A stretch of 64,000 nt of DNA from Mobula hypostoma (GCF_963921235.1 NC_086097.1:127350001-127414000); one strand, 5' to 3'; shown: positions 38,500-52,720, counted from the stretch's first letter. Notes: a model not told the origin generated them from the letters alone. Program-made: numbers and translations.

Positions 38500-41039
38500 C
38501 AGAACACCAGACAAGATGCCGAGGCACCCCCTGCTCCTGCAGCACCAACCCTTCTCCTCCTCCTCCTCTCCCCTCCAGTTCAACACGTGGATGAACAAAA
38601 CAGGCCATCACTGCCCTCCTTGCCCTGCGCCTACCATCCACTCCTAACCTAGAGCCCATGAGATTCAAAACAGTTCAGTTTTATGAGCTGGAGGGTCATG
38701 TTGGAAGGTTGCTTTTATGACTGGAAGCATCCAATCACCAGCATACTTGTTCCTGCAGTGGATGTCATTATGATACCCAAAACTGTTATATTCAGCATTG
38801 ATATTTTTAAAAAGTATGTTGCAAACACAGTTCCTTAACACTTACAGAGCCAAGATTATGCTGCTGTCTAAATAAATCTTCTGATTCAGAATTGTTGCCT
38901 CTATCACTAAGCCCTGGTCTAGGGTCCAATGTATCCATTTTCTCGTACCCCTCCCCCCACTTTTTTTTTACAAACACACTAAGAATTGGCATAGCTCTAT
39001 TGTAGATGTATAGCTCTGATCACTATCGCTAATATTTGCATTTGATGGGTCTTTGCTATTATTGACCATGCCTTAAAACAAAGAAGTAACTGACTCACCA
39101 TCAAGCTCTGAATTGGAAGCTAGGTCATCGCTGGTAGAAGCGTTTTGTTTTGTTTGCTGAGTTAATTTATTTGTGTATGTTTGGCACCAAATGCTGCATA
39201 GCGTGGGAAATGGAGGGATGAGATCACAGTACGTGACCAAGTGAGTTGGGGATCTTCTACCTAATCCCACGAGGCCCTCCAACCTACAAAAAAATCCACC
39301 TTGGGCCCTTCTTATTTCTTGTCTACTTGGTGCCCAAGCCAACATCCTCCGATAAGGACCCAAGTTATATGTGCATTCTGACAATACCCTACCCCACTCG
39401 ACCCTGTTCGTGCTGCACAGCATTGCCCTTGCCACAGCCCACCCCCACCAACCTTGCGCCTCCCACCCCAACTCATCTGCTGCTGAAGCCATCACCCTGC
39501 CCTTACACTCGGCATTTCCAACGCACTCCACCCACGCCCTGTTCAACCTTCCAACACCGCTGAGGTTGAAATGGATCTTCGGTCAGACGTATTAAATATA
39601 ATATGTGAAATTTCAGCCGAGAGAACCTTTGTATGTATTTACATTTTTCTCCACACACCTGAAAACAAATTTTACTTTGCATCTCAAATTTTTGGATAGT
39701 GATCTGTAAATACTGTGCAAGGATAGATTTCCATTACTCCAAATGGCTGTGTCACAGTGGTCACCTTACACCAACTCTGCTTCTGAAGCTCAGTTCTACA
39801 AAGCTTGCTTTGCCCCGTTCACGCACTGCACCTTGATGGTCTGACACTTTGTGGCTTCTTGCCAGCCGCTGGCTTGACTTTAAAATTGTCTAGCTTCACT
39901 TTCAAGTCTCTTGATTGGCGTCCTGTCCTTCCCCATCTATATGGCACTCTGCGGCACCTTTAGTCCTTCAGTCCAGCCCTCTATTTCCTAAAGTGATCAA
40001 TTTCCAAATACATTGCTTCGTCAGCCAATGCCCCTTATTACACTCAAAGTCTACCTCTACAGACTGCCCTGATAAACACCCATTTAAAAATCCCATCCAA
40101 AGAGAAGCAGCTGTTCTGCACAGATCACTTTATCACAGAACTGTTTAAAGACAAAAGACGAGCTTTGTCACACGTACACTCAAGCATACAGTGAAATGCG
40201 TCATTTGCATCAAATCAGAGAGGATTGTGCTGGGCAGCCCAGAAGTGTCGCCACATTTCTATGCCAATAACTTACGAGCCCCAACTATATGCCTTTGGAA
40301 TGTGGAAGGAAGCCAGAGCACCCGAAGGAAGCCCACGCAGTCACGGGAAGAATGCGCAAACTTCTTCAAGGCAGCAGCGGCAACTGAACCCCTATCTGGC
40401 ACCGTAAAGCATTACGCTAACCGCTATACTACAGTGTCACCCACTTGCTCATTTAAACCAAACTCGAGTTAATAAATCAAAAACCTTCATGACCCTGACA
40501 AGTAAAAACTTTATCCTGCTTAGATAGTTAACAGGGTGGTTAAGACGATGAAATTCACTGGGTAAGACAAAACAAGGGATGTGAGTTTGACAGCAAAGAC
40601 TACTTTAGCAGTGAAGAGAGAAGGCACACGGTGGTTAGACTACTAACTGAGCAGCAAGATTGATTCCCTTGGTGTCAGAAAATTTCTACCAAGTACTAAC
40701 TCACACAGGGGACCATTTCACCTCATCAACCAAGCAACAGCTTGCAAACACCAGATGTTCACACGTTCTGTACACACTGCAGTTTCTCAGATCTATTTTA
40801 AACACCACAGTAGCCTAAAGTTAGACACGGACCCATGAGTCATTACAAATGAAAGCCCCTGCCACCCTGTACACCTCACCAGTTTTGCTGTCATTCATTT
40901 TACAGTGGCCTAAATTACGGCATGTGTACCAGTCAGTGATAAGCCTGCACCCTCCCAATCTACTGTTTTAAATATAAAGTCACAAACCTCTGAAAATAAG
41001 GAACTGATCCTAGAGGTTCAAGTAATGCAACTTTTAATC

Positions 41040-43820
41040 ATGGAGTCAGAGTTAAACAGCATGGAAACAGGCCCTTCAACTCCACTAGTCCACGTCGATC
41101 AAGGTGAGCTGGTCCCATCTGCATGTGTTTGGCCCAAATCCCTCTAACTCAGGGATTCCAACCTTTTTTATACCATGGACCAATACCATTAATATTGGGA
41201 ACCCCTGCCTAAATCTTCTCTATCAATGAACTATTAAAGTTGGGATGCTTTATTCTATGGAAACACTTACTCCCTTGGCCCAACTCATCCATGCCAACCA
41301 AGGTGCCTTCCTCAGCTAGTTCTACTTCTCCACATTTGGCCCATATCCCTCTCAAACCTTTCCTACCCATGGACCTGCCCAAAAGTCTTGGAAACATAAT
41401 TTCACCCACCTCTACCACTTCCTCTGGCAACTTGTTCTATATACTGATGACCCTCTCTGTGATAAACTTGCCCCTCAGCTCCCCTTTAAATCTCTACCCC
41501 CCAAAATCTTGCTAATATCCTCTCTAGTTTTCCCCTACCCAGGGAAAAAGGACGTGACCACCCACCTATTTATTCCCCTCATGATTCTAAGCTTCGACAG
41601 TCATCCCTCAACCTCCTTTGCTAAAGGAAACTGTCACAACCTATCCAATCTCTTCTTATAACTCAAGCCCACTCGTCCATGTAACATGCTTGTGAACTTT
41701 TCTGCACCCGTTTCTGGTTTTATTGCAGCCTTCCTATAACAAAGTGACTACAACGACAAACACATCAGGCGCAGTCTCACCAATGATCTACACAGCCATA
41801 GGCCAACATCCCAACTCATGCGTCTAGAATTCCTTATCCATCCACGAGCGACTGTCCAATGTCAAGTTCAATAAAATAAATGTATGCATCAACATTAGTC
41901 TCAGAAATACACCACATCCATGCCGATGATCAACTACCTTCGATGTGAATTCCATTTACCAGAACTAAGTTCACAGCTCACCATTTCTTGGCAATTCAAA
42001 TGCACCTTAGAAAATTTCTAAATGTTGCGATACTTTCTAAATACCTCCAGCACTCCCTCAGGTACAGACACAAACCATCATTTGGGTCAAAGACAATATT
42101 CCTCAGATCCCCTTCTAAATGTCTTACTCCTTCCTTAAAAACTTCTGCCTTCTAGTTTTAGACAGCTCTTCTATAGAAAACAAATTTATTTATGCTCAAT
42201 GTTATATACTTCTTCAAGTTCCCTGCAGCATCCCCCACTCCAAGGAAGACAAACACAGTCTAACTAGTCCCTTCCCTTAACTCAAATGCTCCATCCCAGG
42301 GCAACAACCTGGTGATTTTCCTCAAAGTACAAGGAACCCCTAATTGGCTATTATTTTCCAAGTGCCTTCTTTTGCTCTCTTTCAGGACTCACTCTCACAA
42401 GAACTGGCACACAACTCCAATTAATTAATCAAGTTGGCTGTCTTACAAAGATCAATACAACATAGGAACAGGCTCTTTGGCCTACAGAGTTGTGCTGAAC
42501 TGATTAAGCTCATGATACTGAGTCCCCTCTCCCTGCACCTGGCCCATATCCGTCCATTCTCTGCATATTCAGTGGCCTATGCAAATATCTCCATCCTATC
42601 AGTCTCCACCACCACCCTGGCAATGCACCCCAGTCACCCACCACTCTGTGTAAAAAATGTACCCCTCACATCTCCTTTGAAGTTAGCCCCCTCACCTTAA
42701 AAGTATGCCCTCTTGTATTAGACATTTCAAACTTGGGGAAAAGATACTTCTCTGCCTATCTATGCCTCTCAGAATTTTACAAACTTCTGTCTGAACTTTA
42801 AGAAGGTACAAGAACCTCAGGACCAACAGCACCAGGTTCAGAAACAGTTATTACCCCTCAACCATCAGGCTCTTGAATCAGAGGGGACAACTTCACTCAC
42901 AAAATACTGAACTGTTCGCACTGAAGCGGACTCACTTTCGAGGACTCTGTCTGAAGTTCTTGATATTTATTGCTTATTTATTATTATTATTATTTTTTTT
43001 CCCTCTTTTTGTACTTGCACAGTTTATTGTTTTGTTTTGCACACTGGTTGTGGTCTTCCATTGACTGTATTGTGTTTCTTGTATTTACTGTGATTGCCCA
43101 CAGGAAAATGAATCTCAGGGTTTTATATGGTGATGTATATGTACTTTGATAGTAAATATGCTTTGAACTTTTCTATAAGGAAGTCTATTTGTCTCTGCTG
43201 CTCCAACACAAGCTTGTCCCACCTCTCCTACCAATGCATACCCTGTAATCCAGGCAGCTTCCTGGTAATCCTCTGCTGCACCTTCTCTCCAAAGCCTCCA
43301 CATCCTTCTTATAACGGGGCAATCAAAATTAAATGCAGTACTCAAGACGTGGCCCAGGCATGTGAATGTCTGGATGCTGGATGCTAGTTTGAGCAGGGAA
43401 GTTCCCACCTCAGCTGGACTCAGTTTAGATGTCATAAGAGTTTGACAACACACAAGTAGGCCTTTTAGGCCCACCCCTCCATGCCGATCATGGTATTCAT
43501 CCACAATTGTCCTACTTACACTTGGTATGCAGCCTTCTGTGCATTGGTGGTGCAAGTGCTAGACTAGATACTTCATCAATGTTGAGTGCCAGCACCTTCA
43601 CCATCTTCTCAGGCAGCACATTCCAGATTCCACCAACTCTTCGCGTGAAACCAATTCTTCTACAGATCCTCTATAAACCTTCTAACCTCTCATCTTATAC
43701 CTAGGCCATTTTGGTTTAAACATGCTACCATGAGGAGAAAGATTCTGACCATCTATCCCATCCATCTCCTCAGAATTTTGTCCACCACTGTCAGGTCACC
43801 GTTCAGTCTCTTCCACTCCA
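41040..43820. mobile_element. Cluster of old CR1 3' fragments (-) and a Rex-like 3' end (42800-43170, +); includes a 58-bp hAT-like remnant 41150-41207
   Basis: Recurrent CR1 3' UTR patterns; cagggattccaa...ttgggaacccctg termini; boundaries approximate. Confidence 0.5.
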
Positions 43821-44292
43821 TGGATTAACTGTGCAACAAGGACCAGTTCCGTTTTGCACTCTGCATCTGAAATTCAGTTCCACCAACTTCGAACAATCCA
43901 AATGTCAGTGATAACATCAAATGAGCCATCAATACTACTCACAACAGTAGCACTCAAACTTGCATGCCCAAGAACAAGACTTCAGTCGCATAGGAATACC
44001 ACCATTATTAACAAGTTATTCTTCGTTACACAGCACCATTAAAAAAATTGTTTCCATCTTCGTGGCTTCTAAAATCTGTCACCCGTCCTGAATTGTTGCC
44101 AGGTCGTATCAACACCCAGCAGCACGTTCCAGGCACTTAACCGTATTCTGTAAACATATTTTACAGAAAGTTTCTGTAAAAACTTTCTCCCTCTCACTTT
44201 TAACACATATCCTCCAGCATCTGACATTTCGAACCTGGAAGAAAGATTCTGCCTTGTCTGTATCTGACAGGACTAAAAGCCAGATAAAAATG

Positions 44293-45639
44293 CAGTGGAT
44301 TCTGGTCAATCGGGACACATCCGGACCAGTACATTTTGGCCCAATTAAGCAGCTGCTCCAATTAGCCGAAGCTTCATGGAAATAGTTGAAAAGGTATAGA
44401 AAAGACGAACTACCACTTAACTGAGTAACAGGTTACGTAAATGAAATAGTGAACAAATTAGAACACTACAAATGCCACTGCAGTACTATAAAACAGTGCA
44501 TTAGTCCCGAATAGTTATTGACAGAGGAATTCATCTGCTGTGTATGGGTGTCCAGGTAGCAGCTGTAGTGAAGGGACTTGTTGTGTCCATTCCGGGGTAG
44601 CTCACTCACCTTTGGTCCCTACTGGACACTCAGCTCTCGAAGTAGCTGTTTGCATGCGATAGCAGCCACACTCTGGTGCACTGCTTTAACAGGCGGCTAA
44701 ACCAGGCGAGGGTAGCTGGAGGGCCTCAGACCCTGGTGAGACGGGGACATGGCAGTCCTAGCATTTGAAGTTAGCTTCGGCGGACTGGGCAGATGAGATC
44801 AACAGAGAGATCCTACGGCCAGGAAGGCTCTGCCACGCTTTGTGGAGAGCGAAGGGCATGACGAGACACCAAGGAGTCATGGTTGTCCAATGCAACCAAG
44901 GAAGACCCCAGATTGTGACGACTGCTCATACCACTGGACCTGGAATTCTGAGGTCAGGAGAGTAGAACTGTCCCAGTGCAATGGCTTTTTCACTTTAAAA
45001 ACTCTCCTGCACAGGTTTCATATGGCATCACCAGATAAAATGGACAAGTAACGTGCTGCTGTGTTCTTTTGATTGACTATAAATCAACAAAATCAGCGCA
45101 GACATCTAGTGCCAGAAATGCACTGCTTCCATACAATGCTTTCAACAATTGCATCCTCCACATCTCCATTTTTATTGTAATATTCACGATGATTGTCAAT
45201 ACCTTCAAATTCTTCATAGTTCCTACCCTGCTGAAGTAGTGAAATTTATTCATTTTCTCTCCCAGCTGTTTCTGGCATCTCCAAGCCTGAACACTCGAAA
45301 CAGCAGTGAGCAAAACAATTCTAAACTGTCTTACTGCTTACTTCTCACCAATTAACAGAGACAAAAGTCACTGCTTTTTGAACACAAAACACATGCAACT
45401 GATGCTATTTAAAACTGTTCACTCTAAACACACTGTAGTGTCTAACTGCCACACAAGTTCACGCGATTGACGCTAGTTAAGACACTGCTTGACAACAGTC
45501 ACCTGTCCCAATTAAGCAGCATAGCGTCCCAAATAAATGAAGGGAATCCCAGTTATTTTCTCAATTAGTACTTGTTCTTCAAGAGCTATCCCAAGTAAGT
45601 GGCTTTCCCGATTATAGACCAATGAACCAGAATCCCCAG
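44293..45639. mobile_element. Tigger/pogo-like DNA transposon remnant with nested unclassified repeat (~44545-45030)
   Basis: TIR-like ends cagtggattctggtcaat / aatgaaccagaatccccag|ta; recurrent ccaattaagc subterminal motifs. Confidence 0.6.
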
Positions 45640-45849
45640 TACTTCATATTACAAGTCCCAGAGACAAATAAAAGGTTTCACTGAAGTAATTTATAAGAAA
45701 CAATTGTACTTGATAATGATGCTGAAATAAAGCATTTTACACAGAGTGGCAGGTACCAGCAACGGGCAGCCGGGGTATGGTAGAAGCAGATGCAACAGTG
45801 ACACTTAGCAGGCTTTCAGACAGACCCAAGGGTGTATGAGGTCTCCAGG

Positions 45850-46480
45850 GAGAGGCAGCACTTCTGGTAGAGGGGACTGTCATGTCTATTCAGGGGCTGC
45901 TCACTCACCTTTGGACCCCACCAGACATCCAAACTTTCACCTGTGGCTCCAAGTAGCCCGTTGGCATGCGACAGTGGCCACACCCCACTACACCGCTTCG
46001 ACAGATAGGCTAAGCCAGGTGAGAGAAGCCAGCAGGCCTCTTATCCTGGTAAGATAGGGACAAGCCTGTCCTGGAATGCGAAGTCAGTGGTGGTGGTGGG
46101 GGCGGCGGCGGTTAGGATGTGATGTTCTTGTTGTTTCTCCAGGGGGGTGATCTGTTAGTTTTTGTGTTGGGGGGGGGGCATCTTATGGCTATCTGGGGAA
46201 GACAAATCTCAGAGTTGTATTCTGCATACATACTTTGATAATAAAATGAACCTTTGAATCAGGCAGATGAGATCAAAAGTGAGATCTAACGACCAGGAAT
46301 GCAGCTCTGCAACTCTCTGTGGAGAGCGAAGGGCACAACGTGGCATAGAAGACGTCACAGTCATCCAATACAACCAAGGATGACCCCAGTTGTGACAACT
46401 ACTCGTACCACTGAACCCAGACTTCTGAGGCCAAGAGAGTGGAAAAGTCTCAGGTGCATCTGCTGCACAAGTTTCCCATC
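45850..46480 (+). repeat. Unclassified dispersed repeat, diverged copy of 44545-45030
   Basis: Shared blocks ctcactcacctttgg, ggcagatgagatcaa, tgtggagagcgaagggca, caaccaagga. Confidence 0.7.
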
Positions 46481-47647
46481 ACTGTTGGATATAACAGGCA
46501 ACCACCAGATAGACCCATGAACACCTGCGTATAGGGCAACATGGATCATGTGCAGGGAGGAGATTTAACTTAATTTGGCTTCAGGTTTGGTGCAAGTGTT
46601 GTGGACCAAAAGGTCTGTTCCTGTACTGTTCCAGGATTACCATTAAATCCTGAAACTTCTTTCCCAATAGCACCTTCACCTAAAGAACTGCAATAAATGC
46701 TGATCTTACCTGCAATATCCAAATCCAAACGTATACAAGTAAATCACGTAATTAACACAAGCAATGGAAGACAGGTTTATACTACGAAGACCAAAAAAAG
46801 CAAGAAATAATCAGGAAGAAAATGCAACCAGGGAAACCCAAAGCCACACCTTGAATTTTATCCATTAAGAACCACACTGATGTTTTTCTAATGAATAAGA
46901 GACTCATTCTACAGATTTCACTGAGGGGTTAAAATGGTGCCATGTCTTAATGCATACACATGTGGGAAAGGGAACACAGGGAAACAAGAAGCTAAAGAAG
47001 CTTTAACAAAACCAGGACACCATTTGTTAACTAGTGAGGTCACAAAATTATTCAATGAAAGCAAATTTAATGGTTTAATAAAGCAATGCAAACCCTTCTC
47101 ATTTGTTACATATACACAATTTCTAAATTATTATTTTTCCTCAAACAGGCTAGGTTTTAATGTTTAGAAGAATAGTCTTGAAAATAATCAGCTCATATGT
47201 AACAATGAATGAACACAAAAGGACAGAAGTTATTACGGATGGCAGCAAAGCAAATGAATGAAGAGGGCTACTGTTCTACAAGCGTACGTTGGGCCTCTCT
47301 GGAAGTGACACACAGATAAATCAGAGTGTGACTGGATGGAGAATTAAAGTGACAAGTAACTGGAAGCCCAGGTCACTCAATCTGTGTATGATTGCTTTAA
47401 CGTAGAGGAAACTAATAATCAGATTCCCTTCCCAAATGAGTGAATTCTTCCAGTCACCTTTACAGATCCATTTCAATTAACCAATTAACTGAGTGTCTCC
47501 GCCATACTTGACTTGAACTTGGTCTGGATCATTTAACCCAGAACTCTGAATTACTGGTCCAATAAACGAATCACTCTGTTATTGTACCTCTCGTGGGTCG
47601 TCACTATTTCTCATTTTTAATACAAACGTGATTTCAGAGTGACTTAC

Positions 47648-47753
47648 AACAGGTTCAGCACTCATGGTCTGAAGCATCCAGGTTTCCAGTGCCTGGAGGT
47701 CGCGAGGCCCCTGATATTTCACTGCTTCCTGGTTGGGTTTGAATAACTTCAGT
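47648..47753 (-). CDS. TXNDC5: TXNDC5 exon 3
   Basis: cag|(T)[35 protein letters not shown]|gtaagt, 106 nt. Confidence 0.96.
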
Positions 47754-48007
47754 CTGGAGAATAAAAGAGAGCAGACACTGCAGGAAAAGTGAAACTGCAC
47801 AGAAGCCCTCTGATGCGCCTAATAGTGGCATCAAAAATACCGAGCGATTAACAAATGTTGGACAAAGCTGAAATGGGTAAATGAAATACCCATGATAGAT
47901 GACAACGTCCACGTGATCGTTCAACAGTCATTGTTTAGGACAGCAGGGGGTGGAGGAACAGAGTTGACATGTGAACAGATAACATTTGGACCAACAATTA
48001 AACTTAC

Positions 48008-48167
48008 AATCGCAAACACGAGGAAATCTGCAGATGCTGGAAATTCAAGCAACACACATCAAAGTTGCTGGTGAACACAGCAGGCCAGGCAGCATCTCTA
48101 GGAAGAGGTGCAGTCAACGTTTCGGGCCGAGACCCTTCGTCCTGACCAGCAACTTTGATGTGTGTTG
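48008..48167. mobile_element. Short Penelope-derived insertion with partial fold-back and truncated hammerhead
   Basis: TSD attaaacttac (47997-48007, 48168-48178); 48145-48167 is the reverse complement of ~48050-48072; same family as 10741-10945. Confidence 0.85.
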
Positions 48168-48244
48168 ATTAAACTTACGATGGTTGATTAGAGCCAACAA
48201 TGCAACAGTGAAGCTGATTGAAGCTGATCTACTGCTGTAAAGAG

Positions 48245-48765
48245 CATAAGAAACACTAGCAGAATTAGGCCATTTGGCCCATCATGTCTGCTATGCCATT
48301 CTATCATGGTTGATTTATTATACCTCTCAACCCCATTTTCCTGCCTTCTCCCAGTAACCTGACTAATCAATAACCTATCAACCTCCACTTTAAATATACC
48401 CAATGACTTGGCCTCCACAACCATTTGTGGCAATGAATTCCACAAATTCACTACCCTCTAGTTAAAGAAATTCCTCATCTCTTTTCCAAATGAAAATCCC
48501 TCTAGTCTGAAGTGTGTCCTATGGTCCTAGACTCCCCCACTATAGGAAACATCCTCCCAACATTCACTCTACCTAGGCCTTTCAATACTTGATAGGTTTC
48601 AATGGGATTCCCCCCCTTCATTCTTCTAAACTCCAGCGAGTACAAGTCCAGCGTCACCAAACACTCCTCGGACATTAACCCTTTCCTTCTTGGAATTATT
48701 CTCATGAACCTCCTCTGGACCTTCACCAATACCAGCACATCTTTTCTGAGAAAAGGGGCCCAAAA
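48245..48765 (-). mobile_element. CR1 3' fragment
   Basis: FWAPFLRKDVL..VQRRF..LYSLEFRRM, NLWNSLPQ. Confidence 0.85.
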
Positions 48766-49370
48766 GGAGCATCTCACCATCAGAGGGAGCAACCTTCTAC
48801 AGCCATTGCAGAAAAATACTATTTACAAAATGGATTCAAGCAGAATGTTGTGTCCATTCCATTGTTTAGTCCTACAAGTAGGAAATAATTTCGGACTAGG
48901 CCAAATCTAAAATAAACAGACTTAAGTAACAGGGGGAATTAAAAAAAACAGCAGTTAAAATCTGGAAAGCATAACCAGGAGAGATTCAACTGTCGCTTTC
49001 AAAAGGGATCTGTTAAGCACCTGATAGGACAGGCTCTGCAGGGCAGTTGGGAGAGGGACACTATGGATTGTTCGAGCATAAAGATAGTATGGATTCAATG
49101 GGCCAAACAGACTCATTCCATGCAGTAAACATTTGTGTTAAACAAACTGTCACTGTAACAAAACTAAGGCTGGAGATTCTTAAACAGAATCTTCAATTGA
49201 TTAGCCCCTATCAAAGGCAAGGTGGGAACTGAACAAACCTCAGATAACGACAACAGCATATTGCTTTAGAGAATGCAAACCAAGTGGTACATGGTCCACC
49301 ACTCCCTGTTCTGCAAGATACTTACCAAAACTATTTTCAAAGCAACCCCTCTCCCAAACCCAACACTTAC

Positions 49371-49520
49371 GTGGGATATCCCCGGACTCCATGATCAGAA
49401 CAGATTTTGGTGTCTTTCGTGCAGTCAACTTTAGCAATGTTAAGTGGAGGCGAATCCATGCTGTTGTACTTGTCCCCTAGTTCATTCCATGTAGACTGAA
49501 GCCTCTGACAATGTCCACAC
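49371..49520 (-). CDS. TXNDC5: TXNDC5 exon 2
   Basis: cag|(W)[49 protein letters not shown](T)|gtaagt, 150 nt. Confidence 0.97.
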
Positions 49521-52131
49521 CTGTACAAAGAAACAATACATCTGAATGTAACTCTACAGTGAGTGGTGTTCACACCTACGTTTTGAAGTCTGAAGTTTGC
49601 GCTAATCATGCATTCATTTTTCAGAGGCAGACCTTTTCCACTCTCGTGCAGCAATGGATTAGATTTGCAAGGACACACTGAGTAACAGACTTCACAATGA
49701 TCTTCAGCAGCCTCAAATTTAGTTGCCGTAGCAACACACCTCCGTTCTACATTTGCTTACAAAGTCCTGGCTCCAACCAAGAGGCCGAACACTGACCCAA
49801 TTCTGCCATGGACTGAGGTCAAGCAAGAGATTAGCAGGTGGTCACAGAAGATGCTTCAATGATTGCTTTCAAAAGCAGCTTGGAATATGCAACATCCAGG
49901 CCAGCTTGGCTACTTCCTGACCTCGCGACCACTCCAAACGCAGAACGAGCCAGGAAAGCACTGGGGACCTTGTATCCCTGCCTCAGGAGCATGTGGATGC
50001 CAGTGAAATTGGAGGAAAGGGCAATGCCTGTCACCTCACTTTCCCACCCACTCAAACACCTTGTGACGGGTTCTCTGGATCATTCTCAAGGGTCTTTACT
50101 GCTGACAGAACAGGACTGGGAGCAAGGCATCTTCAACTCTAAAAGGAACAGACACCAATCTGCAGGAACTCAGCTTGTTGAGTGGAATCTGGGGGTTGGG
50201 GAGATAAAAGAACTGTCAAGATTTCAGGTCAAAACCCTGCACGAGGACCACTGCATCAGCACCACAGTTTTACCATGAAACGCCAACTATTCCTCCCCCC
50301 CCCACTGCCCACAGATGTTGCTCAACCCACTGAGTTCCTCCAGATTCCAGCATCTGCAGCCTCTTGTGCCTCAACTCTGAAGGACGCTTTAATAATGAGG
50401 AAGCAAAGAACCACACCATCTCAACAGCTTGAAAATAAATCAAGGACCTGTTGCCAAGTCATTCATTTCATTAATTCTCTTCTACTGACCACTTTCAAAA
50501 TATTACTTCACCCCACTTCCTCATCGTCAGTTGTTGCTGAGTGGCCAGCCACTGGCCCCACCAATGGCAGATACAACTCCAGTGATCAGGGTTTAACACC
50601 GGTCTCTTGTGCTGTCTGCAAGGAATTAGCATGTCCTCCTTATAATCACAAACATTTCCCCAGAATGCTCCAGCTTCCTCCTACGCCCACAAATATGTGT
50701 GTTGAAAGGTTAACTGGCCACTCTAAGTTCTGCCTGTATGTAGATGAGTGGTAGATTCTGGGGGAAGTGGAGTGCGGCAGTTAATGGGAACATGGAAGGA
50801 ACAAAATGGGTTAGGATAGAACCAGAGTGACAACACACATGATGGGCTGAAGGGCCCAATTCTGTAAAGCATCTCCATGACAACAAAAATCCATTAAAAG
50901 AATTCACCATGTTTGGCTGAATACATGCTTTTTACACACTGTACACACCATCCCAAGACAATTTCTATTACAACAGTACTACAAAGAATTTCTTTGCCCG
51001 CACAATAAAAGTCATCCAACACTCAAAGACCTCTGCATTCATTCTAGTCAACCAACTAGAAGACACTTACATCTTGGCACTTTGTACCAAGAAATTTGAA
51101 GTTGCTGGGCACTCACACCAGACCGCCTGCTGAGCTCAAATTAACATGTAGGTCCTTCCAGAGACCCACAATTGAAAGCTGAGGTAGGTGGACAGCTAAT
51201 CTGTAGCCAAATGAAATAGGTCAATTTTCGGTGAACTTCAGTGAAAATTAGGAATAGTTTATAAGAAAAGTTGCCTTTTTCCAAGATGCAATGGAGTAGC
51301 TACAAGGAACGTACTTTTAAAAAACTTTCACTGACGTAGTGGTGTAAAAGTATCTCTAAAAAATATTCTACCAGTATTAAAACGTTGCAAAAGTTAGCAA
51401 ACTATGAACCAAAATAATTTTTACATTTTGCAGCATAAAATGCCGCTATAGTTCAGATTTCAAAAGTCATCACCTATTGATTTGGTTTCTTCTAACGTCG
51501 TAATGTTAGACTTCAAACGAAAGAAAAGGGGTTTGAAGTGATGCACGGCCTGGCTCATAGTAAGGAACTTTACCGTTTGTCTATTTAACAGGAAGTGCAG
51601 AGTGAGGAAGATCTGATTATGTATCACGGTACTCCTTGCCAGAGTGAGATTAAATGGTTGCACCCGTAACCACTCACTGACAGCAGCTTTGACACAGACG
51701 GTGTTTACACATAACTACTGAAATCACTCGCCCTAAAAACAAAAAGGCCAGCTTTTGCAAAAGCACGTTACGTAACTTGATCTTCCATTGCTTTTCTTCG
51801 GGTGCCACGTATACAGCTCACGCAGGCCACATGGGTGGAGGATGAAATTCAGTACAATGGGCATAGCAATCTATCGTGCAAATACATATATATCCTTTCA
51901 TAATTCCCTTAGTAATGCACTATTATATACTCAGCCTGAGATTTTACTTCGAGCAGGAACCGGTTGTGAACTTTGAATATTATCTTCCTCAGCTAGGCAC
52001 TTTTACAAAGTATCATGTGCAAATATCACCCGAGTTCGATACCACATTAAAGTTTGTAATCCACCCCCGCACTGCCAAAATAAACACATGATATAATCAA
52101 CAGAAGATTAAAGATGCCAAGCTAACTTTAC

Positions 52132-52313
52132 CAGGGCGCAAAGAACATGATGAAGTGAGGGGTGGTTTGCACTGCGTGGCTGAACAGGTCCGCATCGTAG
52201 AGGTGCTTGCTGTGGGGGTCCACCGCTTCGGATTCTTGCAGAGAGCCCCGCAAATAGCCCATGAAAAGAGACAGCAGCAGGGGAAAGGCGGACAAGAATC
52301 TGGATGTAGCCAT
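52132..52313 (-). CDS. TXNDC5: TXNDC5 first coding exon (signal peptide, start of Trx1)
   Basis: agaATGG context; MATSRFLSAFPLLLSLFMGYLRGS...DPHSKHLYDADLFSHAVQTTPHFIMFFAP(W)|gtaaag. Confidence 0.93.
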
Positions 52314-52720
52314 TCTCTTCGACCGCACTTGCAAGTAAGAATGAAATAAACAAATGGCCGCGAAGGCAGTCCGGCCGCTGTCTGCAAAAATTAAAAAATA
52401 TACATATAAAAAAATAAGTCTACGTGGAATCCAGACCGGCAGCCGCAAAGTGAACGAATTGCAGAGACGGTTAAGGGAACTACCTGCCTGTTTTACCACA
52501 GCTTCGCGTCAGTTCAGATGGTCAACCCCACACGCATTGCAACGCCTCACTTGTCGATCAAATGCTTCTCCGGCCCAGAGGGAGGAGCGCTGGTTTTCGG
52601 TCTATCACCGTCTTCTGCTGGCATTGCTCCCGGTTAGGCACCGCGAGTGAGGTTCCTGCGAACGAAGACAATGTCAAATCGAGATTATTGTCATAAATTG
52701 ACTATGCATAATGCATTGGC
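52314..52720 (-). promoter_or_regulatory. Probable TXNDC5 5' UTR / proximal promoter
   Basis: Non-repetitive, locally CpG-rich, directly upstream of the start codon; TSS cannot be placed. Confidence 0.5.

Larger units (their letters stand above)
22122..52313 (-). other. TXNDC5: TXNDC5 (ERp46/EndoPDI) gene span, 10 coding exons, 424 aa
   Basis: Exons 182+150+106+97+116+87+201+83+130+123 = 1275 nt splice in frame; signal peptide, three WCGHC sites, RDEL. Confidence 0.97.

Noticed and set aside
39073..39546. 157-aa minus ORF in TXNDC5 intron 3
   Set aside because: No recognisable domain or splice support; the TXNDC5 frame is complete without it
50182..50754. 190-aa plus ORF
   Set aside because: Runs across a PLE-derived relic and a SINE; chance read-through
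52415..52432. CCACGT (XBP1/ATF6-like core) upstream of TXNDC5
   Set aside because: No full ERSE or UPRE consensus; a 6-mer is expected by chance
52314..52499. In-frame 62-codon N-terminal extension of TXNDC5 in the ORF track
   Set aside because: Starts at GTG; the ATG at 52313 has good context and is followed by a signal peptide
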